Source: Desulfatiglandales bacterium (lineage in GTDB: Bacteria > Desulfobacterota > DSM-4660 > Desulfatiglandales > Desulfatiglandaceae). From it: 64,000 nt of DNA. Below are positions 50,951 through 59,733 of the stretch, piece by piece. The notes under the pieces are model-generated. The model saw only the letters and a program-made list of their open reading frames with translations. It had not been told where the DNA came from and searched no databases. Position numbers and translations under genes: made by a program. The stretch covers positions 480,001 through 544,000 of the forward strand of contig OY762721.1 in the NCBI GenBank assembly GCA_963666345.1, read 5' to 3'. The stretch's first letter is position 1; the number at the start of each line of letters is the position of its first letter.

Positions 50951-52028
50951 TCTTTATAAACTCGAAGAATCCGTCTTTATCTGAAAGGATTTCGAATCTG
51001 ACACGCAAGTAGGAAATTGAAGGATATGAAGCGCCGGTACCCGACAATCTGACCCAGTCCTTCTCGGTCGTTATAAGGCAATCGGCACCCGTTTTTTTCA
51101 CCTCCAGCGCGAGCAGATCGATCTCCCTTCGACCAAATGGGTGATGATCGGCAAACCTTTCAAATTTTATTATCCTGGCTCCCTGTCTTTCAAGTGTCTT
51201 TTTAAAGGATAAAGGGTTGCCGATGCCCGCAAAGGCCACCACCCGCTTTCCTTTCAGAAAATCCGCGGGCTCCTCCTCCTGCCTGTTAGGGAAAACGACC
51301 TTCTCCGGGACATGCCCCGCGTAAAAAAGCGGCTTGCCTGAAACGACATCCGGCAACAGATGCGTATCCGCCATCCCGGATTCCGTTTCAGAGGCCCTCG
51401 TAAGGCAGATCGCATCCGCACGTCCCAGATTTTTCAACGGCTCCCTCAAAGGGCCTCTGGGCAGAAGGTATCCGTTTCCAAAGGGAGATTCGGCATCAAG
51501 GAGCACCATATCGATGTCCCTTTCAAGCGCCATGTGCTGAAATCCGTCATCAAGTACGAAAAAATCGGACCCGAATTTTTTTGAGGCATACATGCCGGCC
51601 GGATATCTCCTCTTTGACAGCACGACAGGTACGCCCGGCAGAGCCCTTGCCAGAAGCATGGGTTCATCACCTGCCTCATTTGCGGTTGCGGATATCTTCT
51701 CACCGTCTGAAACCTGGAACACTTTTGAACCGTAGGCCCCCCCGTAACCCCTCGACAAAACGGCCGGACGCAGGCCCTGTCTCAAGGCCCATCCGGCTAT
51801 CATTATAACCGCCGGTGTCTTTCCCGTTCCCCCGGCCGTGATGTTTCCTATGCTCAGGACGAATCCGGGCAGCCGCATCTTTTTCAGGAACCCCGTTTCA
51901 TAGCCCCTCAGTCTCAAGGCGCCCGCGATGGAATAGAGACGGGAAAAAAGACCCATAATAAGATAAAAAGGCCTGTTCGACCTTTTTTGATGAACCTGTG
52001 ACCAGTCAATTCCTCGAAACCCCATCAA
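50931..52028 (-). CDS. lpxK: tetraacyldisaccharide 4'-kinase
   Basis: IGNITAGGTGKTP, LSRGYG, GDEP, LDDGFQH, GPLREP, TTEKD. Confidence 0.95.
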   Translation of the reverse strand: MMGFRGIDWSQVHQKRSNRPFYLIMGLFSRLYSIAGALRLRGYETGFLKKMRLPGFVLSIGNITAGGTGKTPAVIMIAGWALRQGLRPAVLSRGYGGAYGSKVFQVSDGEKISATANEAGDEPMLLARALPGVPVVLSKRRYPAGMYASKKFGSDFFVLDDGFQHMALERDIDMVLLDAESPFGNGYLLPRGPLREPLKNLGRADAICLTRASETESGMADTHLLPDVVSGKPLFYAGHVPEKVVFPNRQEEEPADFLKGKRVVAFAGIGNPLSFKKTLERQGARIIKFERFADHHPFGRREIDLLALEVKKTGADCLITTEKDWVRLSGTGASYPSISYLRVRFEILSDKDGFFEFIKNEIKRK

Positions 52029-53392
52029 GCGCCCTCGTCCGCTCTTTCGATCCCCGATTCGATATATCCAAGCACCCGGTCAAGGGCGCCCCGATTTTCC
52101 TCGACAAACGATTTTGCCAGCCTTCCCGCCCCTGTTCTCAGATTCTCATCTTCAATAAACCCCCTGATGCATTCCTTGAGTTCTTCCCTGCCGCTCACGC
52201 ACCGTCCCCCGCCCGACTCGAGCAGCATCTCCGACATAAGCTGAAAATTATGTATAAACCGGCCGAACACGACAGGGCATCCGAAACCGGCCGGCTCAAG
52301 CAGGTTGTGCCCGCCCAAAGGCACCAGGCTGCCGCCCACAAAACTCACATGGCTTATGCCGTAAACCCTCCCCAGTTCACCCAGGGTATCAAGGACAATC
52401 AGATGGCCAGGTTCCGCCTTTTCCTTAAGCTCGCTTCTCAGCAACGGACGCAGCCCTTTTTCCCTTGCCACCCGAACAATGTCTTCGGCCTCATCAATCC
52501 TTCTTGGCGCAATTACAAGACGCAGTTTGGCAAACTCGCGGCTCAGGTCCCTGTAAACATCCAGCAGGATCTCCTCCTCGCCTTTATGGGTACTGCCCGC
52601 CACCCATATCATTTCATCCCTGTTGAACCCGAAAAGATCCAGCCATGCCCCCCTTTCCCTGTCCTGCATCGGCAACCAGTCCCTGTCAAACTTTATGTTC
52701 CCCTCTCTCCTTATCTTTTGAGGGTTCACCCCCGCTTTTTTGAGCCTTTTCTCATCAAGCTCCGACTGCATCAGGCATAGGGTGACGCCATTGAAAATCA
52801 TCCTCGAAAACAGATTGAACCTCCTGTAGGACCTGAATGTGCGGGGCGAAATACGACCGTTTACAAGGAGCGTCATGATTCCCCTCCTTTTCATGTAATC
52901 GGTCATTGCGGGCCATATGTCGGTCTCCACTATGATGAAAAGATCCGGCCTTACCCATTCCGCGATTCTTCTGACGCACCACCAGAAGTCAACCGGCATG
53001 TAGAGGATAAAACTTGCCGTGTTGATAAGTTCGCTTCTGGCGATGGACATGCCTTTTGACGTGGCGACGGTCAGAACCAGATCCCTGGCAGGGTACCTCT
53101 CCCTTAATTTCCTCACCAGCGGTACCGCGGATATGACCTCACCCACGGACAGCGCGTGGAGCCATATGGCCCCTCCGTTCAGAGGACCCTGCGGAAGATC
53201 AAAACCCAGGCGTGCCCGCAACCTTCCGTCTTTTGAAAGACCCGCAACCGGGTAGATGAATACCGCGGCCAGGGTCCAAAGCATATGATAGAGCGGGAAA
53301 AGAAAACCATACGATTTTTCCCTTCTTTTCTTTCCATGTTCGTTCATGTCATTCGCCGGTTCGAGGTTTCGCTTGATCCGCCCGAGGCGCAC
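52025..53392 (-). CDS. waaA: Kdo transferase
   Basis: WLHALSVGE, VETDIWP, AGSTHKGEE, DTLGEL, GGHNLLEPA; start uncertain. Confidence 0.93.
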   Translation of the reverse strand: MRLGRIKRNLEPANDMNEHGKKRREKSYGFLFPLYHMLWTLAAVFIYPVAGLSKDGRLRARLGFDLPQGPLNGGAIWLHALSVGEVISAVPLVRKLRERYPARDLVLTVATSKGMSIARSELINTASFILYMPVDFWWCVRRIAEWVRPDLFIIVETDIWPAMTDYMKRRGIMTLLVNGRISPRTFRSYRRFNLFSRMIFNGVTLCLMQSELDEKRLKKAGVNPQKIRREGNIKFDRDWLPMQDRERGAWLDLFGFNRDEMIWVAGSTHKGEEEILLDVYRDLSREFAKLRLVIAPRRIDEAEDIVRVAREKGLRPLLRSELKEKAEPGHLIVLDTLGELGRVYGISHVSFVGGSLVPLGGHNLLEPAGFGCPVVFGRFIHNFQLMSEMLLESGGGRCVSGREELKECIRGFIEDENLRTGAGRLAKSFVEENRGALDRVLGYIESGIERADEGA

Positions 53393-53395
53393 AGG

Positions 53396-55627
53396 TCATA
53401 CCCTTATCGGAAGTTCGATTATGAACTTCGTTCCCCTGGGCTGGTTGTCCTGAACCCTTATGAAGCCGTTATGATCGGTGATAATCGTGTTTACTATGGC
53501 CAGGCCGAGGCCCGTGCCCTGTTTTTTTGTTGAAAAGTAGGGCTCGAAAAGCCGGGCCTTGTGTTCAGGAGAGATCCCCTTTCCATTGTCGGACACCTCA
53601 ATCCTGACCATCTGAAGCACAGGGTCATAATCAAGGTCGATGACGATCTCTCCCTCTCCATTGATGGCCTCTATGGAGTTATCGATAAGGTTTATCATGG
53701 CCCTTTTTATCTGTTCCCTGTCCAGATTGAAGGTAGGGACCTCGGAGTTCTCATTCAGGACCAGACTGGTCTCCTTATGCGCCTCTTTATATAGATCAAT
53801 GGCCTCGATTATGATTCTGCGGATATCTGAGGGCACCGGATTTGCGGCGGGCATTCGAGCAAAATTTGAGAACTCGTTCACAAGCCCTTTGAGTTCTTCC
53901 ACCTGTCTTATTATCATTTCAGTACAGTCATGGAAGACCTTTGAGTCCTCGCTTGCCAGCTTGTCGCCATACCTTTTCTTGAGCCGCTGAGCTGAAAGCT
54001 GTATAGGGGTGAGCGGATTTTTCACCTCATGGGCGATTCGACGGGCCACCTCCCTCCATGCAGCCATCCTCTGGGCCTTTTCTATCTCGCTTAAATCCTC
54101 GAAAACCGCGACAAGACCGAGATATTTTCCTTCATCATCGGCAAGCACGTTTATGGATACCAGCAGTATAAGCCTCCGGTTTCCTAATGAAAGTCTTATC
54201 TGCTGTTTATAGAATCCCTTTCTGAACAGATTCTGATCCCCCAGAAATCCGTCTATCAGCTTTATATACTCATGGGAAAGGACCTCCCTGTATGTCTTTC
54301 CGATTATTCCGTCGGCCTTTATGTTGAGCATCCTTTCAGCCGATTTGTTTATGGTGAAGATCTTTCCATCCACACCGGCCGACACCACACCGGCAGCCAC
54401 GTTGGCAAGCACGAATTCCATGTAAAGTCGCCGCTGTTCCAGTTCCAGATTGCCCTTTACCAGTTCTCTGTTCGCCTCTTCGAGTTTATTTTTACCTGTC
54501 TTCAGGTCCATGGTCATCCGGTTGAAGGAATTTACCAGCACCCCGATCTCATCCTTTGATTCAAGGTCGATAAAGAAATCATAGTCGCCGGAAGCGATCT
54601 TATTGGTAGCCTCCGCCAGTTCCCGTATAGGGATCGTGATCTCTCTCGACAGATAAAGCCCGAACCATACCGAGGAAAAAACTATCAAAAGGGTTACTAT
54701 GGAAAGTGTTATCATATTGCTTATCTTTATAGGCTTTTTGAGCATCTTAAGCTGCCTGTACTCCTGAATTCCCAGGGAGGCCGACTTCAGAAGATTCACA
54801 AAGCTGCCCGGGATAAACCTTGAGACGACCACCAGACCGACAACCGCCTTTGATTCGGTCCTGGAGAAAATCGGCACAACCCCGCTGACAAGATCCCCAT
54901 GCGGGGATGATTGCGTATATTGGTTGTCGGTGCCCTTTTCGAAGGTCTGCTCCAGGATCTCGGTTGAAGGCCCCTTAAATGTACTGAGGTCTATGCTGTT
55001 GTCCTGGTCTTTGGCACGCCCTTTGAATTTTCTCGAAATGACCTCTATGGAGGCAAGTCGGTATTCCTTGCGCTTGTCATGTATAAACTTACCCAGGTCA
55101 TCCTTCCTTGAAATAAGCATATACCCTTCGTAGGTGATAACCCGGCTTAGATTGTTTCCGAAGCCGAATACCTCTTCGGTCATCCTTTTGTAGTGACCCT
55201 GGCCCACCTCCAGGGATTTTTTGAGTGACTGTTCGACCTGAAGATTGAACCAGTATTCTATTGAGGATGATATGAACTGAACCGACACGAAAAAGAGTAT
55301 GATCGTGGGCAGAAGGGAAAGGGTGACAAAGGCCAGTACCAGTTTGGATCTGAGCTTTGCACCCATTATATTCTTTCTCCTTTCGAAAAGAAGCTTCACG
55401 AGGTTTCGCATCGTGAGAAAAAGGAGAAGGAGCAACAGTATTACATTTATGTTTATAAGGGCAAAGACAAGGATGCTGCTTGAAAACGGCAGGTCGGGAC
55501 CTATATCGGACAGACTTATTCCAAGGTAGGAAAGTATGCCTATCACTGCGAAGAGGGTTATTATCAGGTAACGTTCCCTTCGGCGCCTCTTCAGATCTTG
55601 TTTTTTTGCCTCTATGTAGTCATTCAT
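53396..55627 (-). CDS. NtrY-like sensor histidine kinase (multi-TM, HAMP, PAS)
   Basis: RNLVKLLFER...GAKLRSKLV N-terminus; AWREVARRIAHEVKNPLTPIQLSAQRL H-box typical of NtrY; PYFSTK..GTGLGL. Confidence 0.9.
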   Translation of the reverse strand: MNDYIEAKKQDLKRRRRERYLIITLFAVIGILSYLGISLSDIGPDLPFSSSILVFALININVILLLLLLFLTMRNLVKLLFERRKNIMGAKLRSKLVLAFVTLSLLPTIILFFVSVQFISSSIEYWFNLQVEQSLKKSLEVGQGHYKRMTEEVFGFGNNLSRVITYEGYMLISRKDDLGKFIHDKRKEYRLASIEVISRKFKGRAKDQDNSIDLSTFKGPSTEILEQTFEKGTDNQYTQSSPHGDLVSGVVPIFSRTESKAVVGLVVVSRFIPGSFVNLLKSASLGIQEYRQLKMLKKPIKISNMITLSIVTLLIVFSSVWFGLYLSREITIPIRELAEATNKIASGDYDFFIDLESKDEIGVLVNSFNRMTMDLKTGKNKLEEANRELVKGNLELEQRRLYMEFVLANVAAGVVSAGVDGKIFTINKSAERMLNIKADGIIGKTYREVLSHEYIKLIDGFLGDQNLFRKGFYKQQIRLSLGNRRLILLVSINVLADDEGKYLGLVAVFEDLSEIEKAQRMAAWREVARRIAHEVKNPLTPIQLSAQRLKKRYGDKLASEDSKVFHDCTEMIIRQVEELKGLVNEFSNFARMPAANPVPSDIRRIIIEAIDLYKEAHKETSLVLNENSEVPTFNLDREQIKRAMINLIDNSIEAINGEGEIVIDLDYDPVLQMVRIEVSDNGKGISPEHKARLFEPYFSTKKQGTGLGLAIVNTIITDHNGFIRVQDNQPRGTKFIIELPIRV

Positions 55628-55656
55628 TTCATGAGACTGGTGATCGAATCAGGATG

Positions 55657-56223
55657 TCAATAGTTGAAATCCACTGTATACCATTCGGTTTCAAAATCCC
55701 AAAGGGAGAGAAAAAACAGTACATAATGAAGATAAAGGGGAAGTTCTATCGTATCAAGCTCGGCCATCATTCTAACCCGGTAACGAGTGCCTTTGGTAAG
55801 GTTTTTCATTTCAGCGACCTTGAGTCCCACGATCTCGGACATCAGTTTTTTTGCTTCCTCAAAATCCTTTACAGTTATGATTTCACCATCCCTTTCAGAG
55901 AGTTTGACGGTATAGATTTTCTTAAGACTGTCATAATTTATGTCGTGGCTTACCTCCACTGTGGTGACTCTCTTATCCCACCAGAAATCCTGCACCTCAT
56001 TTAGATTTATGAAAAAGGTAAAAGTCGTGTTTATGCCATTTTCGATCGCTTTTTTCATTTCTTCCGTAAAACAATCCGTGACCGTAAAATAGATCAGGAG
56101 ATGGTCCCAGGTGTTAGTCACCACGATGTCAGTGAGGGATGCCTTGTCAGCCCTGGCTGAACTGACGAAACCCGTCAGGGTCAGGGAAAGCAACAGGATC
56201 AGGAATATGAATGTCTTTTTCAT
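55657..56223 (-). CDS. DUF4390-like exported protein
   Basis: Signal peptide; C-terminal LPLYL...WDFETEW; immediately upstream of the NtrY-like kinase. Confidence 0.72.
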   Translation of the reverse strand: MKKTFIFLILLLSLTLTGFVSSARADKASLTDIVVTNTWDHLLIYFTVTDCFTEEMKKAIENGINTTFTFFINLNEVQDFWWDKRVTTVEVSHDINYDSLKKIYTVKLSERDGEIITVKDFEEAKKLMSEIVGLKVAEMKNLTKGTRYRVRMMAELDTIELPLYLHYVLFFLSLWDFETEWYTVDFNY

Positions 56224-56427
56224 GAAAAATGGTTTAATCTGTTATCCAAATATTAATTACAACCTGAGCATGAAGAGCAGGTAGAAAAACAAGAGGATAT
56301 CTTACGTTAGAGGACCCTTAAATGCAAGATCTATAACAGATAAGGGAGCAGGCAGGTTTTATTTCGAAACAGGGGAAAAGTATTGCAGTCTTGGAGCTGA
56401 ATGAGATAACTGTCCGGCGCCTCAATT

Positions 56428-56462
56428 AAAGAGGCCGACCGTCTTTCGACGGGCGGCCTCTT
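56428..56462 (-). terminator. intrinsic terminator after lpxC
   Basis: Minus strand AAGAGGCCGCCCGTC-GAAA-GACGGTCGGCCTCTTT. Confidence 0.72.
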
Positions 56463-56502
56463 CAGGCTTAGATAACGGACTCTTTCCTCCTAAGCCGAAT
56501 AT

Positions 56503-57432
56503 TCAGGCGACAACCGGTTCAAGGACACCAAAAGCCGGTATCTTCACGCTGTTTTCCTTACACTCCTCAGGTGATTCAAAAGAGAACACCTTCCAGTGTT
56601 TTTCCGCCTTCATAAGTTTTTTAAGCATCAGCTGGTTAAGGAAGTGACCTGATTTTTCAACCACGAAATGACCTATTACCGGAGCGCCTATGATAGACAG
56701 ATCTCCAATGAAATCAAGTATTTTATGCCTTACGAACTCATTTTTGAAGCGCAGACCGTCCTCGTTAATGATTCTGAATTCGTCTATCACGACTGCATTG
56801 TCCAGGGAACCGCCCCTTGCAAAACCGTTTTCCTTGAGTGCTTCCACATCCTTGAGAAAACCGAAGGTTCTGGCCCTGCTGATATCCCTCACAAAATCCT
56901 TGCCGGAAAAGGCCAGTTCATATTTCTGGTTTCTCATCAAGGGGTGCTTGAAATCTATCGTATAGGAGACCTTCAGTTCATTTGAAGGGTAAATCGCCAC
57001 GGAACGGTTGCCGTCCACTACCTTGAAGGCCTTTTTGATCACAATGAATTTTTTGGGTGAATTCTGTTCCCTGATTCCACCGCTCTTGATAAGAAATACA
57101 AAGGGTGCGGCGCTTCCATCCATGATGGGAACTTCCCCGCCGTCCAGGTCGACTATGGCATTGTCAATCCCCAAACCGAAAAAGGCCGCCATAAGATGTT
57201 CAATAGTGGCGACCTTACAACCGTTTGAGCCGATGCTCGTTGCAAGTGTCGTATCAACCACATTATCGAAACGGGCCCTCAACATCGGATGCCCGTCAAT
57301 GTCCGTTCTTACAAACCTGATTCCCGTATCCTCCGGAGCAGGTCTTATTTTTAACTTGATTCTCTTTCCTGAATGCAGGCCGATCCCCGTGCAGCTGACC
57401 TCTTTTATTATAGTTCTCTGTTTATAATCCAC
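56503..57432 (-). CDS. lpxC: UDP-3-O-acyl-GlcNAc deacetylase
   Basis: QRT, GIGLHSG, TIEHLMAA, PIMDGSA, ARTFGF, HKILD.IGDL, SGH; GTG 57432 after GGGAG preferred to ATG 57450. Confidence 0.96.
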   Translation of the reverse strand: MDYKQRTIIKEVSCTGIGLHSGKRIKLKIRPAPEDTGIRFVRTDIDGHPMLRARFDNVVDTTLATSIGSNGCKVATIEHLMAAFFGLGIDNAIVDLDGGEVPIMDGSAAPFVFLIKSGGIREQNSPKKFIVIKKAFKVVDGNRSVAIYPSNELKVSYTIDFKHPLMRNQKYELAFSGKDFVRDISRARTFGFLKDVEALKENGFARGGSLDNAVVIDEFRIINEDGLRFKNEFVRHKILDFIGDLSIIGAPVIGHFVVEKSGHFLNQLMLKKLMKAEKHWKVFSFESPEECKENSVKIPAFGVLEPVVA

Positions 57433-57473
57433 TATCTTCTCCCTGGTCATTATTTTTTACTGCTTTTACTTAA

Positions 57474-57489
57474 AGCAACTATCGTGCCA
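57474..57489 (-). promoter_or_regulatory. sigma54 promoter of lpxC
   Basis: TGGCACGATAGTTGCT, full match to TGGCACR-N4-TTGCW. Confidence 0.85.
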
Positions 57490-57605
57490 GAAACATATTT
57501 GCCTTACGGCAGGACATTGCAAGGCTATCATATTGAATATCCATGTAAAATTTACGAAAACATGAGGCACGTTTCCGGCACCAGGCACAGACCCGGATCC
57601 GGGTG

Positions 57606-57638
57606 TGTGAAAAAAACCACATGTGCAGCGCCTGAACA
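57606..57638. promoter_or_regulatory. candidate enhancer sites for a sigma54 activator
   Basis: Tandem TGT-N10-ACA (57606-57621) and TGT-N11-ACA (57622-57638), about 120-150 bp upstream of the -24 element. Confidence 0.5.
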
Positions 57639-57769
57639 ACACATCCCGGCCCTGCCCCGGCTTGAAAAAGAGCGGATTATGTATTATTCAGAGTTCATCC
57701 GTACCGTTTTGCGCATTCGGTGATCCAGAGAAGAAAAAACCAAAAAGATGATTACGCGGGGAGACCTCC

Positions 57770-58969
57770 ATGCCGGGCAAAATGAAATCAACTATATGTC
57801 TTGTTCTCTTTATGACCTTGAGCTGCGGCTGCGCCCCTTCCCTCAAAAAAGAGGCCGGCCTTCCGCAGGATGCCTTAAGGCAGGTCCGTTTCTTTTATCC
57901 CGATTTAAATGATGACCTCCGATACCGTGACCTTGATCAGGCGATCGAGCAAAGCCTTGAGTTTCTGGGACGCCTCGATCCGGACAAAATATTTTCCTAC
58001 GGCACTCACCGCTTTACCTGCAGGCAGGTGATTGAAAGCCATGAGGCATTTCGTCTAATCATCAGGGAAAAGCCGGACCCTCACAGGCTTAAAAGCCTGA
58101 TTAAGCGTAACTTCAGGCTCTATCGGGCTACAGGCTCACCTGGGAAAAAAGACACGCTTTTTACAGGCTATTTCGAGCCGCTTTACAGGGGGAGCCTTTC
58201 ACCGGATGCGCAATACAGGTATCCCATTTACAGGAAACCTGACGATCTTATCAGGATAGACCTCTCGCCATTCAACCCCGAATTAAAGGGTCAAAGCATC
58301 ATCGCCAGGATAGAAGGGAAAAAACTGATACCCTATTACACCAGAAAGGATATGGAAGAAGGAAAGGCACTCAAGGGTAAGGGGCTTGAGATCGCCTGGT
58401 TGAAGGATCCGGTGGATGTTGCGTTTCTCCACATCCAGGGTTCGGGAAGCATCAGGCTTAACGACGGGCGCATACTGAGAGTAGGCTATCACGCAAAAAA
58501 CGGCCGCCCTTACAAAAGTATCGGAAGGTACATGCTCAAAAAGGGGCTTCTCACAAAAAAAGAGATGTCCATGCAGGCCATAAGGCGATATCTGGAATCC
58601 CACCCGGACATACTTGGTGAAGTCCTGAACCACAACCCTTCCTACATATTTTTCAGGATACTGAACGGCCCCCCTCAAGGGAACATCGGTGTACCTTTAA
58701 CCCCCGGCAGATCTCTTGCACTTGATTCCACGCTCTTTCCAAAGGGTGCGCTGGCCTTCATTTCCTGTGAAAAACCGGTCCTTGACAGCAATGGAAACAT
58801 ATCAAAATGGGTCCGATTTTCAAGGTTCCTCTTAAACCAGGATACCGGAGGCGCGATCAAAGGCGCGGGAAGGGCGGACATCTTCTGGGGAAAAGGTCCC
58901 TATGCCGAGGCGGCCGCAGGGCACATGAAACATGACGGCAGCCTGTATATACTCATGAAGAAGCCGTAG
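57770..58969 (+). CDS. mltA: membrane-bound lytic murein transglycosylase A (lipoprotein)
   Basis: Lipobox-like Cys; FTGYFEP, LHIQGSG, NPSYIFF, QDTGGAIKG..RADIFWG. Confidence 0.93.
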   Translation: MPGKMKSTICLVLFMTLSCGCAPSLKKEAGLPQDALRQVRFFYPDLNDDLRYRDLDQAIEQSLEFLGRLDPDKIFSYGTHRFTCRQVIESHEAFRLIIREKPDPHRLKSLIKRNFRLYRATGSPGKKDTLFTGYFEPLYRGSLSPDAQYRYPIYRKPDDLIRIDLSPFNPELKGQSIIARIEGKKLIPYYTRKDMEEGKALKGKGLEIAWLKDPVDVAFLHIQGSGSIRLNDGRILRVGYHAKNGRPYKSIGRYMLKKGLLTKKEMSMQAIRRYLESHPDILGEVLNHNPSYIFFRILNGPPQGNIGVPLTPGRSLALDSTLFPKGALAFISCEKPVLDSNGNISKWVRFSRFLLNQDTGGAIKGAGRADIFWGKGPYAEAAAGHMKHDGSLYILMKKP

Positions 58970-59182
58970 AAAAGGCCCTGCGGATCAACACCGTTACGGC
59001 TGCATGGGACGGTTTTATTTCATTCGCTTGCCCACCGTGAATGTGGCGGGGCTGAAAGCAACATCCGGAAATGATCCATTTCCAGGCGGGAACTGGTTAT
59101 TAAAATTCCTGGATCATCTCCAAAAAAGTTGGTCTAAATGAAGGTTTCGAGTGGTCAAGGGGCCGCGGGTTCGAGTGAAAAG

Positions 59183-59548
59183 ATTAAAGATCATAGGCAG
59201 TTAAACGTTAGGGGAAAATCGTATACACCTTGTTTGCATGTGTATAAAGAAACGAAACGTTTTTTTAAAGATGGGCAATACTGTTTCACCTCCTGAATCA
59301 GAAGATCCGCTGTTTCCATATCAAGGGACACCGCCTGAGGGTATGGGAGAAAAACGGCTATAGAGTATATGCAATTTTTCTTTATTGCATATGGTTCAGA
59401 CTGTGAATTGGAAACCCGGGACATGACGTCAACTGACCTGGGTTATTTAAAAGAAAAAAGGCTTTGAAAATTAAGAAGAAAAACAGGGGATGTCGGGGCA
59501 ATACTCAAAGAAATGATCAAATCCCTGGAAAGAAAACCCTTGAAACCG
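59183..59548 (+). pseudogene. degenerate four-helix-bundle (23S rRNA IVP / Avd-like) gene
   Basis: One frame gives ..KSY..C..VYKETKRF.KD.QY..TS*IRRSAVSI...A*GYGRKT..EY..F..IAYGS.CELET.....DLGYL...GDVGAILK.MIKSLE; in-frame TGA at 59294, 59336 and 59465; flanked by short repeats. Confidence 0.75.
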
Positions 59549-59733
59549 GGAACCCGCCCTGAGCTGGCCGAAGGGTGGGACTGCGCGAAGCGTAAGCGAA
59601 GCAAAGAATCCTGGAAACCTTGGACCCTCTTCGACAACTAAGTTGGAGAAAAACCAAATTCCTTAACTCAAGGCATTCCAGTTCACTTTAGTCACTCCGG
59701 ATCCCGGGCCTGCAGGCCGGGATTCTTTACCGG

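Noticed and set aside
51998..52780. Long antisense ORFs (also 20132-20806, 42939-43685, 47034-47648, 49760-50398, 63098-63826)
   Set aside because: Shadow frames opposite well-supported genes, with no motifs or RBS
59183..59548. Multi-selenocysteine protein or TGA recoding in the four-helix-bundle frame
   Set aside because: The TGAs are not at Cys-equivalent positions, conserved residues are widely degraded, there is no clear start, and TGA is a normal stop in many genes here
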